Shown here: piece after piece, positions 63,519-64,000 of the stretch | Layout: each line of letters starts with the position of its first letter | How positions within the stretch are numbered: position 1 is the stretch's first letter | Assembly (NCBI GenBank): GCA_964610305.1 | Contig: CAZSVL010000005.1 | Coordinates: 14,815 to 78,814 of the forward strand | Source of the DNA: an uncultured Gammaproteobacteria bacterium | Lineage (GTDB): Bacteria; Patescibacteriota; Patescibacteriia; Magasanikbacterales; JBBTXJ01 | Length of the DNA stretch: 64,000 nt | Direction of reading: 5' to 3' | Translations under genes and position numbers: made by a program | Notes under the pieces: model-generated | The model's input: only the letters and a program-made list of their open reading frames with translations | Database searches by the model: none | Told to the model about the DNA's origin: nothing

Positions 63519-64000
63519 ATGAAAAAGCTTGACTTTCTGGCATTCGTATCTGCAATGCGCGGCCCCTTGTATCAGTGTGGGCAGATTGCACTGAAGTTAA
63601 AGGGTAAGACGGTCAAGAGGGATAAAGCTCCTGATTCGTCCGTCCAGCTAAGCACGGCTGTAGGTGATGTAGATGAGTTGTGTCAGGAAATAATTCTAAT
63701 GCGCGCAGCAGAGGTTACGCCGTGGATTGAGATTCGTTCTGAGGAACAGAATGTTTGTCCTAAGGCAATCCGAGAGTTGTTTGAAAAAAACAGCTCCCGG
63801 TTTACACTAGTAATTGACCCACTTGACGGGACTGATGAATTTTTTAGAGCTGGGAATGAGTTTGGTCATATGGTTGGAATCCATGACAAACAAAGCGGTC
63901 GTATGAGCTGTGGAATGATATTTATTCCTGAAGAACAAGTGTTGTATTTCGCAATCCGTGGTATGGGTGCGTTTACGGCTTCTGGGTTGTTTGGTGAAGT
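63519..64000 (+). CDS. inositol monophosphatase / CysQ-family phosphatase, 3'-truncated at window edge
   Basis: VIDPLDGTDEF is the IMPase-family metal-binding signature. AAGGAGG SD. No stop before position 64000. Confidence 0.55.
   Translation, partial: MKKLDFLAFVSAMRGPLYQCGQIALKLKGKTVKRDKAPDSSVQLSTAVGDVDELCQEIILMRAAEVTPWIEIRSEEQNVCPKAIRELFEKNSSRFTLVIDPLDGTDEFFRAGNEFGHMVGIHDKQSGRMSCGMIFIPEEQVLYFAIRGMGAFTASGLFGE

Overview
This 64-kb window looks like a compact, gene-dense bacterial chromosome segment. Its gene content suggests a Patescibacteria/CPR-like lineage, but that is an inference: a small ECF sigma pair, a TrbC/VirB2-like pilin protein, an archaeal-type SIS PGI/PMI, short aaRS genes, many short GIY-YIG genes and a standard genetic code with TGA stops. 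Core housekeeping genes I can support from motifs: trpS, RNase J, an OppA-like solute-binding protein, secG, a DsbA-like protein, uvrA, rplS, gmk, two pseudouridine synthases, valS, uvrD/pcrA, ndk, dgkA, thiI, ABC transporters, and a tRNA with anticodon UAU. Positions 22.0-43.6 kb form one co-oriented glycan locus. It contains a Wzm/Wzt ABC exporter, a GT2 protein, a NeuB-family nonulosonic acid synthase, a NeuA cytidylyltransferase fused to a D-2-hydroxyacid dehydrogenase domain, two DegT aminotransferases, a formyltransferase, three methyltransferases, four SDR epimerase/dehydratases, an RmlC-like cupin, and two very large paralogous proteins of unknown family. Three things stand out most. 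(i) A family of about 25-bp palindromic GTCATCC...GGATGAC terminal inverted repeats flank small GIY-YIG nuclease genes. Miniature gene-less derivatives also occur, there is a tandemly amplified repeat end, and one copy sits in-frame inside a pseudouridine synthase gene. (ii) A GIY-YIG gene abuts a tRNA that is followed by a 63-bp partial tRNA duplicate. (iii) A GC-richer islet at 61.4-62.9 kb carries at least six tiny same-strand ORFs (32-57 aa, Cys/Gly- or Ala-rich), separated by three copies of a bipartite hairpin element with clear compensatory base changes and a conserved CCCUUUAUACC...GGUUAGAGGG basal stem. That resembles an integron-like attC cassette array or a novel structured RNA/peptide system. 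No rRNA genes or CRISPR arrays were seen.
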